NCBI GenBank assembly: GCA_050633305.1
Contig: JBOEGF010000005.1
Location: 1-64,000 of the forward strand
DNA: 64,000 bases
Direction: 5' to 3'
Source: Nannocystales bacterium
Lineage (GTDB): Bacteria; Myxococcota_A; Polyangia; Nannocystales; Nannocystaceae
Part shown: positions 39,211 through 49,560 of the stretch, piece by piece
Position numbering within the stretch: the first letter of the stretch is position 1
Layout: every line of letters begins with the position of its first letter
Notes under the pieces: generated by a model
Databases searched by the model: none
The model's input: the letters and a program-made list of their open reading frames with translations, nothing else
What the model was told of the DNA's origin: nothing
Made by a program: the position numbers and the translations under genes

Positions 39211-41436
39211 ATGGTTCGCGGTTGCCTCGTTGTGACGCTCATCCTCGGCTTCGCTTCAGGGTGCAAAGATTCGTCTTCTGCGGCCGACCAGCGCAGGACA
39301 GCCGCCCCGGACACCGCGCCGCCCTCGGAGCCGGCGAGCGTCCCCGGGTGGGGCCTCGGTGTGCCCGCACGGGCGCCCGCGCTCGAAGCGCAAGAGTTGG
39401 CGCGGGAGCCCAATTCGCTACCAGCGGGGAACGACGCGCGCACCGCCTGGGCCCAAGCCCGGATTGGCGGACCGCGTGCCGTGGATGCGTTGGCGGCGTG
39501 GCTGGAGGGAGACGCGGGAGCCACGTCCGCACACTTCGCGGCGCTCGCATTGCTGGACCCTCCGCCGGGAGCGCCGGATGCCGAGGGAAACGGCCGATGG
39601 CCCGCATTGGAGGACGCGATCTGGACTCGCTTGGCGGTGACGGAGTCCCGCGATGAGCTCGAGGCGCTGCTGCTCGCGGTCGCTCGTGTCGGGGGCGAGC
39701 GGTCGCAGGGACGTTTGGCCGTGCTGTTGGAGGGCGACCCGAAGCCGGAGCATGCGGCTGCTCTCGAGGTGATGGGGATGCTCTGCGCGCGCGGTCACGC
39801 CGCAACAACCGCCGGGCTCGAGGCCGTCGCAAAACAGCTCGGGCCGGAGGCCCCGCACGCGTGGTCCGCTGCGTACGCCGTGGGGCGGTGTGCGGGTCCG
39901 TCCGCCGAGTTGCTCGCAGGGGCGGCCCGGGAAACGTTGGTCGAGCGCATGACACCCGCATTACAAGCGACTGACCCCGCGCTTGTTCGTGTCGCGTGGA
40001 AAGGTTTCGCAGGCTTGGGGGAGGTGCCCGCGGAAGTGTCGGCCGCCATCCTGAGTGACACGCCACCGCAATGGGCTGTCGAGGTGGAGGCGGTGCGGGC
40101 CTTGGCTGGTCACGCCGACGGCCGGTCCTTGGTGGTCGAGCGGCTGAGCGCACTTCAGCCCGACGCGTTCAAGGGCCCTCGGGTGCATGTGCTTCTCGTC
40201 GCGCTGGCAGGGTTGCGGGATGCCGTTGTGGGGACGCCGGAGTTGCTGCGAAGTCTCTCTGCGTTGCGGTTGGCGTTGAAGTCTGCGCGGGACCGTTCGC
40301 AGGGGCGGCGTCGCAAGGCGTTGACCCTCGCGGTATGTGAATCGGAACTGCTCGCCGCGATCGGCAGCGGCGACCTGAGGACCCTACGGACCTGTGCCAG
40401 TGGAGTCGATGAGCTACCCGAGGGATACGCCGAGGTGCTCGAGATCGAGGCGCTGCTGCGTGTCGGTGCCGCCATGACGCGGGAGGCGAAGGCGCAGGCG
40501 CTCCTGGAGCGGGCAGCTGACCTGCGCCCCGGCGTTGCCGCGGCCGCGCTCGCGGCATTGGTCGATGTGGACGAGCCCCGCGTCAACGCTTCGCTGCAGG
40601 CGGGGCTGGGTCGACAGGACCCTGGGGTGAGGGCAGCCGCAGCCGCGGCCATTGCCACCCGCGCGAGAGACCGGGCCCGACGAGATGAGAGTGCGCTGCC
40701 GCGACTCGAGGAGGCGGTTTCGTCGTGGCCCAACTCCACGACGATCGAGGCTCGTATCGCCGCGATCGAGGCCTTGGGCAACCTCGCACGCAGCGGGGGC
40801 AAGGACGAAAACGGTGCCCTCGCGGCACCGTGGCTTCGCGAGACAGTGTTGCCGTTGGCGAAGGATCCAGCGGTGGCCATTCGTCGAGCGGGTCTCTCGG
40901 CGCTACAGCCCGTGCCCGATCTGGCGGAGGCGTTCGTGCGTGCTCAGGCCGAGCCTCGGCCCGCCCCCTTCGTCGACGAACTCAAGTCGCGCCTCGAGGA
41001 GTATCGGGATGTCACCGGTCTTCGGGTCACGACCTCGTCGGGTGCGATGACGATCACCTTCGAGGGGCCCGCGGCTTTCAACCAGGCGACGGTCGCGTCG
41101 CTCGCAGCCAGCGGGTTCTACGATGGGCTCACGTTCCATCGTGTGGTCCCGGGGTTCGTCATCCAAGGCGGTGACCCTCGGGGAGATGGGTACGGTGGCC
41201 CTGGATTTCTCGTTCCCTGCGAGTGGAGCCACCAGAAGTATGAGCGGGGCGCCGTCGGCATGGCCCTGGCTGGAAAGGACACCGGCGGGTCGCAGTTCTT
41301 CATCGCTCAAGCACGCGAGCCGCGACTCGATGCGCGGTACACGATCCTGGGGCGCGTGACCGACGGGTTGGGGGTCCTGGATGAAGTCCTCCCGCACGAC
41401 AAGATCATGAAGGTGGAGATCCTCCGAGGTGAGTGA
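39211..41436 (+). CDS. HEAT-repeat/cyclophilin-type peptidyl-prolyl isomerase lipoprotein
   Basis: Lipobox ASGC; HEAT-like repeats (DPGVRAAAAAAI, DPAVAIRRAGL); FYDGLTFHRVVPGFVIQGGDP and GMALAGKDTGGSQFFI. Confidence 0.85.
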   Translation: MVRGCLVVTLILGFASGCKDSSSAADQRRTAAPDTAPPSEPASVPGWGLGVPARAPALEAQELAREPNSLPAGNDARTAWAQARIGGPRAVDALAAWLEGDAGATSAHFAALALLDPPPGAPDAEGNGRWPALEDAIWTRLAVTESRDELEALLLAVARVGGERSQGRLAVLLEGDPKPEHAAALEVMGMLCARGHAATTAGLEAVAKQLGPEAPHAWSAAYAVGRCAGPSAELLAGAARETLVERMTPALQATDPALVRVAWKGFAGLGEVPAEVSAAILSDTPPQWAVEVEAVRALAGHADGRSLVVERLSALQPDAFKGPRVHVLLVALAGLRDAVVGTPELLRSLSALRLALKSARDRSQGRRRKALTLAVCESELLAAIGSGDLRTLRTCASGVDELPEGYAEVLEIEALLRVGAAMTREAKAQALLERAADLRPGVAAAALAALVDVDEPRVNASLQAGLGRQDPGVRAAAAAAIATRARDRARRDESALPRLEEAVSSWPNSTTIEARIAAIEALGNLARSGGKDENGALAAPWLRETVLPLAKDPAVAIRRAGLSALQPVPDLAEAFVRAQAEPRPAPFVDELKSRLEEYRDVTGLRVTTSSGAMTITFEGPAAFNQATVASLAASGFYDGLTFHRVVPGFVIQGGDPRGDGYGGPGFLVPCEWSHQKYERGAVGMALAGKDTGGSQFFIAQAREPRLDARYTILGRVTDGLGVLDEVLPHDKIMKVEILRGE

Positions 41437-41674
41437 GCGCCGGTGGCGGCGCGCGCGGGCAAGGTGATGAGCTGAAAAAGGCCCGGGGCTCGGTCGTGGG
41501 GAACTGTGAGACTCGGCCGATTGTCGGGGAATGCGCGTCGCTTCGGCGATGGACCGAGTTTTGATGCATCCGAATGTCCGGGGGGGACTCCACAGCACGA
41601 ACTTTGCGTGTCGATGTGACGCAATGCGTGGAGTTGAGGAGATACGATCGCGGCGGTGGGGATCCTGCGCGGGG

Positions 41675-42400
41675 ATGGGTGATGGGGCTGTGTGGATCGT
41701 CGGCGGGTTGGACCCGAGCGGCGGAGGTGGGGTCTTGCGAGATGCGGCCACGGTACGCGCGGTCGCGCCACACAGGGCTGTGCACGTTGTCGTCACCGCC
41801 CTCACGCAGCAAGGCGACGGAAAGAAGGCTGTCGCCGGTCCCATGAATGCGTCCGCGCTTCGATTCCAATTTCAGCGGGCGCCGAAGCCCGCGGTGGTGA
41901 AAGTTGGGCTTGTCCCCGCCGCGGTCGCCTCGATCGTCGCTGCTGCTCTCGAGAGCGTGGATGCGCCGAAAGTGGTGGACCCCGTCTTGAGCGCGAGCAT
42001 CGGCGGTTCTATGGCCGCGAGTCCCGACGGTCTGTTGCCGTTGATGGCGGGCGGGCTGATCACCCCCAACCGCAAGGAGTACGATGCGCTGATCGGCGGC
42101 GCCGACCCGCAGGGCTGGCTGGAGGTTCATGGGGCCGTCGGGTTGCTCCGCAAAGGCGGGCACGACGGAGGGAAACAGGTCTCCGACACGCTTTGGACAC
42201 GGGCAGGGGCGCGGGTGTACTCGCGTCCAAGGATCGACGGTCCTGACCCGCGCGGGACCGGGTGTGCCCTGGCGGCCGCGATCGCCTGTGGGCTGGCCGA
42301 TGGGTGCGAGATGCAGGCGGCGGTGGGCAAGGGGGTCGCGTGGTTGGACAGTGTGCGGGGCAACGCCCGCACTGTTGGCGGGCAGGTCCTGCTCGGATAG
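41675..42400 (+). CDS. thiD: Hydroxymethylpyrimidine/phosphomethylpyrimidine kinase-like protein
   Basis: GGLDPSGGGG..D, VKVG, VVDPVL, ITPNRKE, LRKGGH, RGTGC.LAAAIA. Confidence 0.75.
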   Translation: MGDGAVWIVGGLDPSGGGGVLRDAATVRAVAPHRAVHVVVTALTQQGDGKKAVAGPMNASALRFQFQRAPKPAVVKVGLVPAAVASIVAAALESVDAPKVVDPVLSASIGGSMAASPDGLLPLMAGGLITPNRKEYDALIGGADPQGWLEVHGAVGLLRKGGHDGGKQVSDTLWTRAGARVYSRPRIDGPDPRGTGCALAAAIACGLADGCEMQAAVGKGVAWLDSVRGNARTVGGQVLLG

Positions 42401-42424
42401 ACGCGCGTCCGAGAACACGCCGCG

Positions 42425-43492
42425 TCAGACGCTACGGCGCACCAACTGTTGCGCGCGCGCATCCTCGGCGGCGGCGTTCGAGCCCGTTGAAACACCGTCG
42501 ACCCGAGGGGCCGCCGCCGGGTCGTGTGGAAGAGACGAACCCGTGGTTCGCGCGAGGACGGTCCACAGCATCTCTTGAAGTTCTTCGTCGAGTAGGTGCG
42601 GCTGCATCAGCCGCGTCGGTGCCCGCCGCATCCTGACCCCCTGCGCGCCATACGTACCACCCGAAGATGTGTCGTAGCGGTAGGCGACGTCCAGGTACTT
42701 CGCCGCGGCCGCACCGACGGTGGTGGCCATCCCAAACAGCATCATGAGCGGTTGGAGTACGCAGAACATCAGCGCCCGGAACGCGAGAGACTGGTGCCGC
42801 ATCGCGGACGTTGCGAAGGCCGCTCCTGGAGCGACGGCGAACACCTTCGTGGTCGAGGACACCCTTCGGGCGAGAGCGGAAGCCCACCAACTCACGAAAA
42901 CCTTGACCGTCGCGTAGTGGGGCTTGGCCCGGTAGCGGTACGGTGTCTGTGCGCGAAGGAGCGTCTGGACTGCGGCTTCGAGGTCGCCGCCGAGGTGTTG
43001 TTGTGCGAAGAGGCGTACCGCGGTCGGCTCCATGCCGGGCATCTCTCCCTTCGCGGCGTCGGATGTCGCGATTACAATGCGGGCATCGGCGGTGACGGAA
43101 CCGGAGTGCAACAGAGCCGTGGTCAGGATGTGGTGACCCACGAGCGAGGCGGCGCCGCTCTCCTCGAAGCCCTCGGCGGTGCGGACGACCTTCTCGCGGC
43201 CGAGCATGCCGGCGTTGAGGAGGAGGAGGTCGATTCGGTGTCCATCTCGTGACACGGCATCAGCAACCTCGTGAAGCTGGGCAGGCGAAGTCATGTCTGC
43301 TGCGTAGGCCTCGACGTTGTCGTTCCCGGTTGCGTCGCGCAGATGCTGCCGCGCTTTCTGTGCTTTTTCCGGAGTGCGGCAAACCAGCAAAACTCGAGTT
43401 CTCGAGTCTTGTAGGAGTTGTCGGGCGGCCTCGAAACCGAGCCCGACGTTGGCGCCGGTGATGAGAGCGGTGCGGGTAGGGTCGAACGGCAT
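42425..43492 (-). CDS. Short-chain dehydrogenase/reductase (retinol DH/WWOX-like)
   Basis: ITGANVGLG, LLLNAG, YATVK (YxxxK), VAPG. Confidence 0.85.
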   Translation of the reverse strand: MPFDPTRTALITGANVGLGFEAARQLLQDSRTRVLLVCRTPEKAQKARQHLRDATGNDNVEAYAADMTSPAQLHEVADAVSRDGHRIDLLLLNAGMLGREKVVRTAEGFEESGAASLVGHHILTTALLHSGSVTADARIVIATSDAAKGEMPGMEPTAVRLFAQQHLGGDLEAAVQTLLRAQTPYRYRAKPHYATVKVFVSWWASALARRVSSTTKVFAVAPGAAFATSAMRHQSLAFRALMFCVLQPLMMLFGMATTVGAAAAKYLDVAYRYDTSSGGTYGAQGVRMRRAPTRLMQPHLLDEELQEMLWTVLARTTGSSLPHDPAAAPRVDGVSTGSNAAAEDARAQQLVRRSV

Positions 43493-43566
43493 GGGGTCTC
43501 TGCACACAACCTAGGTCAGGCGGTTGGGACCGCCACGCGGATTGGTGCGTTGGTGTGGCTCAAAAA

Positions 43567-44484
43567 TCATCCACTCCGCGGGATGTCGCCGCGCCAGGCG
43601 CGCGCCCTGGCTCCCGACATCAAATCGCGTTCGCCCCTGAGCGCCTTCGAGATGAAAGCGGAGAAGAGGCGGACACGCGTGGTCGTTCGGAGTTCCTCAG
43701 GCGTGAGCACCCATAGGTCCAAGGTGTGTGTGGGGTTGGGCGGCATGATCTGCCACAGCGATTCGTGTCGGTCCGCGACGAAGCAGTTGAGGAACCCCGC
43801 GCCCAGTCCGGCGAGCACGGATGCATGAACAGAGTGGCTGCTGCTCACCCGGATCCCGATCGTCTCGGCGTGGTGTTCCACCCAATGGGCGCTTGGGTGC
43901 AGGCGCATGTCCTCGTTCCAACCAACCCAACTCATCGACTCGGGGGATGTGTGTGGAGGGAGCGCTTGCAGGTATTCGGCCGATGCATAGGCTGCGAGTG
44001 CCATCGGGCCAATTCTCTGTCCTACAAGGGTCTGTGCGGGGCTATTCGTCAGCCGGAGCGCCACATCGGCCTCGCCGCGCGCGAGGTTCACGATGCGGGG
44101 GCCGGTCAGCACGTCGAGCACGATTCCGGGGTACGCCGCTCGAAACGCGGCGAGGTGTTGCACCAACGAGGGCATCAGGACGTCGATGGTTGCGACACGG
44201 ACGACTCCGGACGGAGCTGCATCCCTCCCTGCGACCGCGACACCCATCTCGTCAAAGTGTTGTTCGATCTCTTCCGCGTGGGCACGGACGTCCTCCCCGG
44301 CAGGTGTTGGACGGTAGCCAGCCGGAAGCTTCTCGAAGAGGCGGGCACCCATCCGTTCCTCGAGCGCCGCAATCCGTCTCGAGACCGTCGAGTGAGTGAC
44401 GCGGAGTGACTCCGCGGCCTTACGGACCGTTCCCCGCCGACATACTGCGAGGAAGTAGCGAAGGTCGTCCCAGTCGCGAGTCAT
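43567..44484 (-). CDS. LysR-family transcriptional regulator
   Basis: WDDLRYFLAV..GTVRKAA..L.V.HSTVSRRI..LE..G.RLF HTH; NLARGEADVALR. Confidence 0.92.
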   Translation of the reverse strand: MTRDWDDLRYFLAVCRRGTVRKAAESLRVTHSTVSRRIAALEERMGARLFEKLPAGYRPTPAGEDVRAHAEEIEQHFDEMGVAVAGRDAAPSGVVRVATIDVLMPSLVQHLAAFRAAYPGIVLDVLTGPRIVNLARGEADVALRLTNSPAQTLVGQRIGPMALAAYASAEYLQALPPHTSPESMSWVGWNEDMRLHPSAHWVEHHAETIGIRVSSSHSVHASVLAGLGAGFLNCFVADRHESLWQIMPPNPTHTLDLWVLTPEELRTTTRVRLFSAFISKALRGERDLMSGARARAWRGDIPRSG

Positions 44485-44500
44485 GGTGCATTCTTGCACC
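44485..44500. promoter_or_regulatory. Palindromic operator abutting the LysR start (probable autoregulatory site)
   Basis: Perfect inverted repeat GGTGCA-TTCT-TGCACC. Confidence 0.55.
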
Positions 44501-44794
44501 GGTTCGAGGCGCGAGTTCAATGGCCCAGCGCCGCTGCGTGGCTACGACTGTTCGGCCCGTCGCGGGTGTTCCTGAACTCTGCGACGGGTAAGGACCTGAA
44601 CCCTAGGGGCAGGGCTATGTGCTCTCGGTCGGCGCGGAGAACGTGCTCCGTGGTGCGTGCGTGCCGAACGTTCGAACGGAAAAACTGTCCCCCCGGGTCG
44701 ACCGTCGGAGGGTCTCGAGCAGGATACGAGCGCGCAACGGTTGCCGGATGTGACCCGGCTGGCCGACGTACGTTGGGGTCGGAGGCGTCCAACA

Positions 44795-45193
44795 ATGACC
44801 GACAGCGATCAGACCGTCAGCGCGTACATGACCAAGAACGTCCATGCGATCGACATGGAGAACTCGCTCCCCACCGCTCGACTGATGATGGAGGAGCACA
44901 GCATTCGCCACCTACCCGTGACCGATGGCAGCAACATCGTGGGGCTGCTCAGCGAACGCGATCTCGGGAAGCTCGAGGTGTTCCCGATGCTGAGCATGTC
45001 GACGGTTTCGGTTCCCGACGCGATGACCGACAAGCCCTACATCGTGGCCCCCGACGCTCCGATGGTGGGGGTCTTGGAGAAGATGCGAGACGAGCGACTG
45101 GGGTCAGCGATCGTTGCGGACGAGGGCAAAGTCGTGGGCATCTTCACGGCCACCGACGCGATCTCGCACCTCATCGAAGCCCTGCGCTCGTAG
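44795..45193 (+). CDS. CBS-domain pair protein, 132 aa
   Basis: V..YMT, IRHLPV.D...IVGLLSERD, VVGIFT.TD; RBS GGAGG. Confidence 0.88.
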   Translation: MTDSDQTVSAYMTKNVHAIDMENSLPTARLMMEEHSIRHLPVTDGSNIVGLLSERDLGKLEVFPMLSMSTVSVPDAMTDKPYIVAPDAPMVGVLEKMRDERLGSAIVADEGKVVGIFTATDAISHLIEALRS

Positions 45194-45218
45194 CCGAGGC
45201 AGGGGCTCGGGGGCGAGC

Positions 45219-46007
45219 TCATTCGCAGAGCAGCTCGCCGTTCGCTTCGACCCAGCTGACGTCGGGGCAGCAGGTCGCCTCGTCGCTACACCAAACGCAG
45301 GCCTCGGGTGCGGGGTAGAGCAAGTGAACCTCTTCGCCGTCGAGGAGGTCTTGCAGGACAAAGGCGTCGCGCTGTGCGTCGAAGAGGATGGAACCCTCGC
45401 AGTTCGGCGGGTCCTCGAGCCCGCCGATGAACCCGCAGTTCAACTGGGACTCGTTTTCGACCGGGTCCCACTGCAGTCCGAGGGCACCGTTCGCTTCGAC
45501 CTCGAGTGTCCAGCAGCCGTAGACGAAGTTGCCACCCTCGGTTGCCCCGGCGCTCTGGGAGTGGCGGGTGACGACCCCGTCTTCGCGGAACCGGTAGATG
45601 TCCGTCCCTTGGCGTTCGCACGATGTCGAGCCGGCGACGTAGGACCAGCCTTGGCTGACGAATCGAGCCGCATCGGCCCCGGAAACGTCCCCGGGTGATG
45701 GACATGTGAAGTCGTCTGGAGGCGCGGCAGCTCCGTTGGGGTCGACGCAGTCGAGCCCTTGCTCTTCGAAGCCTTCGTCGCAGTCGCAGCTGGGGATACC
45801 GCCTTCGAGGACGCACTGCCCATTGCCGCTGCACTCCAGGACACAGTCCGCATCTGTCTCAGATCCGTCGCTTCCCGTGTCCGCCGTTTGCCCACCGGTG
45901 TCGGCTTGCTCGGTGTCCGCAGCGCCTGTGTCGTCGACGTCGTCAGCCGGACATCCGGGCAGGACGGCGAGGAGCAATCCTGCGATTCGACCGTATCTCA
46001 ATGTCAT
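45219..46007 (-). CDS. Cys-rich lipoprotein with an EGF-like module
   Basis: Lipobox LPGC; C...CSGNGQC......C.CDEGF.....C. Confidence 0.7.
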   Translation of the reverse strand: MTLRYGRIAGLLLAVLPGCPADDVDDTGAADTEQADTGGQTADTGSDGSETDADCVLECSGNGQCVLEGGIPSCDCDEGFEEQGLDCVDPNGAAAPPDDFTCPSPGDVSGADAARFVSQGWSYVAGSTSCERQGTDIYRFREDGVVTRHSQSAGATEGGNFVYGCWTLEVEANGALGLQWDPVENESQLNCGFIGGLEDPPNCEGSILFDAQRDAFVLQDLLDGEEVHLLYPAPEACVWCSDEATCCPDVSWVEANGELLCE

Positions 46008-46229
46008 GGAGGGTCTCTACCCCGAGACCGTCGCCGGGACCAGCGCATAAACCCCGCCAGACAGCGATCCCCCTCACAGTGTCGGGCATGGGCTGGGCGG
46101 TCGGGGCAGCTGGCTGCCGGGCCCAGCTTGGGCCTCCGCGGACCGTGTCGCGGGTCTCGTCGTTTTGCTCCTCGTTTTCTCGGTTGCGCGCAGTGGGAAC
46201 TAGAGGACACGATCGTCGTCTCGAACGTC

Positions 46230-47168
46230 ATGTCGACAAACAAGACCATTCACGTGATCGGCGTTCCTATGGACCACGGTGCGGGCCGGCGGGGGGTTGG
46301 CATGGGGTCGGCGGCGATCCGGATCGCTGGACTGCATCGCAGGCTACGCGCGCTCGACTACGAGGTTCGTGACCTCGGCGACCTGGTGATCCCCGCTCCC
46401 GAGACACGGCCGCAGGTGGACGCGAAGGCGAAGTTCTTGCCGCTGATCGCTTCGACATGCACCGAACTCGCGGACGCGGTTCCGGGCATGTTCGAGGACG
46501 GGGGCTTCCCGCTGATCCTTGGCGGGGACCACTCGATCGCAATCGGTACGCTCTCCGGCCTGGCGCTCGAGCAACACCGTAGAGCGAAGACGAAGCCAGA
46601 GGGTCCGCCGAAGCTCGGCGTGATCTGGTTTGATGCGCACGGGGACATCAACCGCCCCGACACGTCGCCCAGCGGGAACATCCACGGCATGCCCGTCTCC
46701 TGTTTGCTGGGGCAGGGGCCGGAAGCGCTGACGGACATCGGATACCCAGGCGCCAAGCTCGACCCGAAGCGCTTCTGTCAGATCGGATTGCGGGACATCG
46801 ACGCCACGGAGCGTCGGCTGCTCAAGGAGTCCGGCATTCGCACGTACACGATGGCAGACATCGATCGGCGAGGCATGGCAACGATCGTCGAGGAAGCGCT
46901 GGAGTACGCGCTCGATGGCTCGGACATGCTGCACTGCAGCTTCGACATCGACTCGGTCGACCCTCGCGTCGCGCCGGGAACCGGCACACCGAAGCTCGGT
47001 GGACTCACCTACCGAGAGGCTCACCTAGGGTTGGAGATCATCGCCGAGACCGAGCGCTTGAGCAGCATGGAGATGGTCGAGGTGAACCCCGCGCTCGATG
47101 ACGCCAACAAGACGGCCGAGCTCGCAGTCGGCTTGATCGCGTCGGCGCTCGGTTCGCGCATCTTGTAG
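46230..47168 (+). CDS. rocF: Arginase
   Basis: GAGRRGV.MG, GGDHS, DAHGD, SGNIHGMP, SFDIDSVDP..APGTGTP, VEVNP. Confidence 0.93.
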   Translation: MSTNKTIHVIGVPMDHGAGRRGVGMGSAAIRIAGLHRRLRALDYEVRDLGDLVIPAPETRPQVDAKAKFLPLIASTCTELADAVPGMFEDGGFPLILGGDHSIAIGTLSGLALEQHRRAKTKPEGPPKLGVIWFDAHGDINRPDTSPSGNIHGMPVSCLLGQGPEALTDIGYPGAKLDPKRFCQIGLRDIDATERRLLKESGIRTYTMADIDRRGMATIVEEALEYALDGSDMLHCSFDIDSVDPRVAPGTGTPKLGGLTYREAHLGLEIIAETERLSSMEMVEVNPALDDANKTAELAVGLIASALGSRIL

Positions 47169-47312
47169 GCGAGCGCGGCGTCGAGGCGTCCACTTGCAGG
47201 ATCTGCAGGTGGCTCTGCGGTTCTGGCGGACTCTGCGAGGTTGGGTGCACCCCCAAGCTGTTGAAAACCCGTCGTGGGTGACTGGCTTCGATCTCGCACT
47301 GCCATCGTGGCG

Positions 47313-47570
47313 ATGCACCACCTCTTCCCGGTTTCGTCATCGCTGCTTCTCTCGCTGAGCCTCGCAGATCCGGGTCCAGGTGGTCCGGGAAAGCGCCCCG
47401 CTCGACCCCCACGCGAGGCGGTTGAAGCGTGTGCCGAACTGCGCAGTGGAGACGCTTGCTCGTTCACCGGCCGCGATGACACCGCCGTCTCGGGCACTTG
47501 CTTCACTCCAGAAGCCGACAAACCACTCGCGTGTCGGCCGAAGAATCCGCGGAAACCTCCGAAGAAATGA
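47313..47570 (+). CDS. Small secreted four-Cys protein, 85 aa
   Basis: Signal peptide; PP.EA..AC.....GDACSF......GTC......LAC.P. Confidence 0.6.
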   Translation: MHHLFPVSSSLLLSLSLADPGPGGPGKRPARPPREAVEACAELRSGDACSFTGRDDTAVSGTCFTPEADKPLACRPKNPRKPPKK

Positions 47571-47665
47571 TTCGCTTATCCCGGCCGTTGGGCGCCTTGG
47601 CGTGCGTCGCGGACGGTGGGGCTCCCTGTCTGCTGCGTGGTAGAACCCCGTCGCGAAGGCGACTG

Positions 47666-48844
47666 ATGCGTACGACGGTTTCGATCCTGATCTTGAGCTT
47701 CCTCTTCGGCTGCAGCGACGACGGTACGATCTCCGCCAACGCCGATGCTGGCACGACATCGGGGTCTGCGACGTCGCCGACAGGGACTCCGGACGCATCG
47801 AGTGGGGCAGACCCCAGTGGCGCTCCTTCATCGGCCAGCGCTGGGAGCTCGGGCGAGAGTGACTCCACAGACCCGACCGTTGCGACCGCCGACCCAACCG
47901 GTGACGACACGGATTCGTCCGATGGGGGCAGCACGGGCGGCGAGGCGGCCGAAGGATGCCCCGAAGGCCCATTTGCGGCGACACCCTTGGTACAAGCGGT
48001 GGTGACCGCGGAGCCGATCGACAATACGTCGACCGCGGCAGGGAGCGGCGGTCTGCTCGAGGGTCCGGTGTGGTGGAACGGGGCCCTGCACCTGTCGCAC
48101 TTCTGGTTCTCCGAGCAGCCTCCGCCAGCAAACATCCTCCGCTACGAGGGGGCTGGCTTGGCCGTTGCGTTCGAGCAGAGCGGAACCAACGGGTTGGCGA
48201 TTGGAGTCGACGGGAGACTCGTGGGGGCCGAACACCAAGCTGGTGCGATCTCAGCGTTCGATCTCGCCGCGGGAACACGGACTCCGGTCGCCGATTCGTT
48301 CCAGGGGGAGCGCTTCAACTCCCCCAACGACCTGACCGTTCACACCGACGGAACGATCTACTTCACCGACCCGGACTACCAGGCTCCCGACCCGAACCCG
48401 CAACCGGTGACCGGTGTGTACCGGGTGGCACCAGATGGTACGGTCGAGTTGTTCGAGTCCGGGCTGGGGCAACCCAACGGTATTTCCCTCTCCCCAGCCC
48501 AAGACGCGCTCTACGTCACGCACGTGGGCGGCATCATGCGGTACGACGTGATGGCGGATGGCACGGTTGTTACCCCGGGGACCTCGTTTGGCAATGTCAG
48601 TGGTGGCGACGGCATGGCGGTGGACTGTGCTGGCAACATCTACGTCACCGTGCACAGCCAGGGCCGCATCGCCGTGCTCTCGCCGAGCGCCGAGGACCTC
48701 GGACAGATAGATGTTGCGCCCCAGGTCACCAACGCAGCCTTCGGTGGCGAAGGGATGCAGACCCTGTTCATCACCGCGGGCAACCCCGAGACCGGCAATG
48801 CTCTGTACTCGGTGGAACTCGAGATCCCCGGGCTGCCGTACTGA
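47666..48844 (+). CDS. SMP-30/gluconolactonase family lipoprotein
   Basis: Lipobox LFGC; EGPVW, FNSPND, IYFTDP, PNGISLSP, DGMAVD..GNIYV, TNAAFGG. Confidence 0.9.
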   Translation: MRTTVSILILSFLFGCSDDGTISANADAGTTSGSATSPTGTPDASSGADPSGAPSSASAGSSGESDSTDPTVATADPTGDDTDSSDGGSTGGEAAEGCPEGPFAATPLVQAVVTAEPIDNTSTAAGSGGLLEGPVWWNGALHLSHFWFSEQPPPANILRYEGAGLAVAFEQSGTNGLAIGVDGRLVGAEHQAGAISAFDLAAGTRTPVADSFQGERFNSPNDLTVHTDGTIYFTDPDYQAPDPNPQPVTGVYRVAPDGTVELFESGLGQPNGISLSPAQDALYVTHVGGIMRYDVMADGTVVTPGTSFGNVSGGDGMAVDCAGNIYVTVHSQGRIAVLSPSAEDLGQIDVAPQVTNAAFGGEGMQTLFITAGNPETGNALYSVELEIPGLPY

Positions 48845-48871
48845 GGCGTTCGGGAGCCCCCCTCTGAACTG

Positions 48872-49498
48872 CTAGAGGATATCCCGGACCGCTTCGCGGA
48901 GCTTCGTGCCTCCGAGGTAGAGAAAGAGCTCTCGCGCCGCGGAGTTGGAGGCCATCATCGTGCGGAAGCTGGAGTCTCCAAGCAGTGCCTTGGGGTCGGG
49001 AAGGTTGGCGCCGGCGAGCCCGGTGAGCTTGTTTTCCTTCATCACTTCGAGCGTACGCTGCGTCTCGAAGCTCATGCCCAAGTCCTGGGTCGCTTGGCCC
49101 AGCATCGAGCCCAGTCCCTCCTGGCGGCTGTCCACGAATCGCTCGAAGCCGTCCTGGGTCGAGGTCTCGATGTAGCGCGCGGTGGTATCGCCCGTGTTCC
49201 AAAAACCATGGGTGCTGCCTCGCGGCTTGAGGACGTGGCAGCCGGGTCCGGCCGAGAATCGTACGCCCTGAGCGCCGCCCACCTCGAACTGCAGCTCGCC
49301 CTCGATGATGTACATGTGCTGGTCCTCGTTGGCGTGAGTATGGAACGCCAGCAACTCATTGGGGCGGACCTCACCCTCCATGATCGAGAAGTGTCCGCCC
49401 AGTCGGTGGGGCCGGAGGACCATCACCATGTCGCTGGAGGTCTTCTCGCCTTGGCCAGGGTGAACGACGAGGTCTTTGGGGTCGAGTGCGGGGGTCAT
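48872..49498 (-). CDS. Cupin-domain protein
   Basis: HTH.NED..Y..EG and P.G..HGF.N cupin motifs; RBS GAAGGA. Confidence 0.8.
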   Translation of the reverse strand: MTPALDPKDLVVHPGQGEKTSSDMVMVLRPHRLGGHFSIMEGEVRPNELLAFHTHANEDQHMYIIEGELQFEVGGAQGVRFSAGPGCHVLKPRGSTHGFWNTGDTTARYIETSTQDGFERFVDSRQEGLGSMLGQATQDLGMSFETQRTLEVMKENKLTGLAGANLPDPKALLGDSSFRTMMASNSAARELFLYLGGTKLREAVRDIL

Positions 49499-49560
49499 AT
49501 GCGTTGTCCTTCGAACCCCAGCGTAGGAGCGGGGCGCGGCCGCTCCCAGGACACTTGGCG

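Noticed and set aside
41437..41674. TPP riboswitch upstream of the thiD-like gene
   Set aside because: The conserved CTGAGA and ACCTGA core elements are not present in the expected arrangement.
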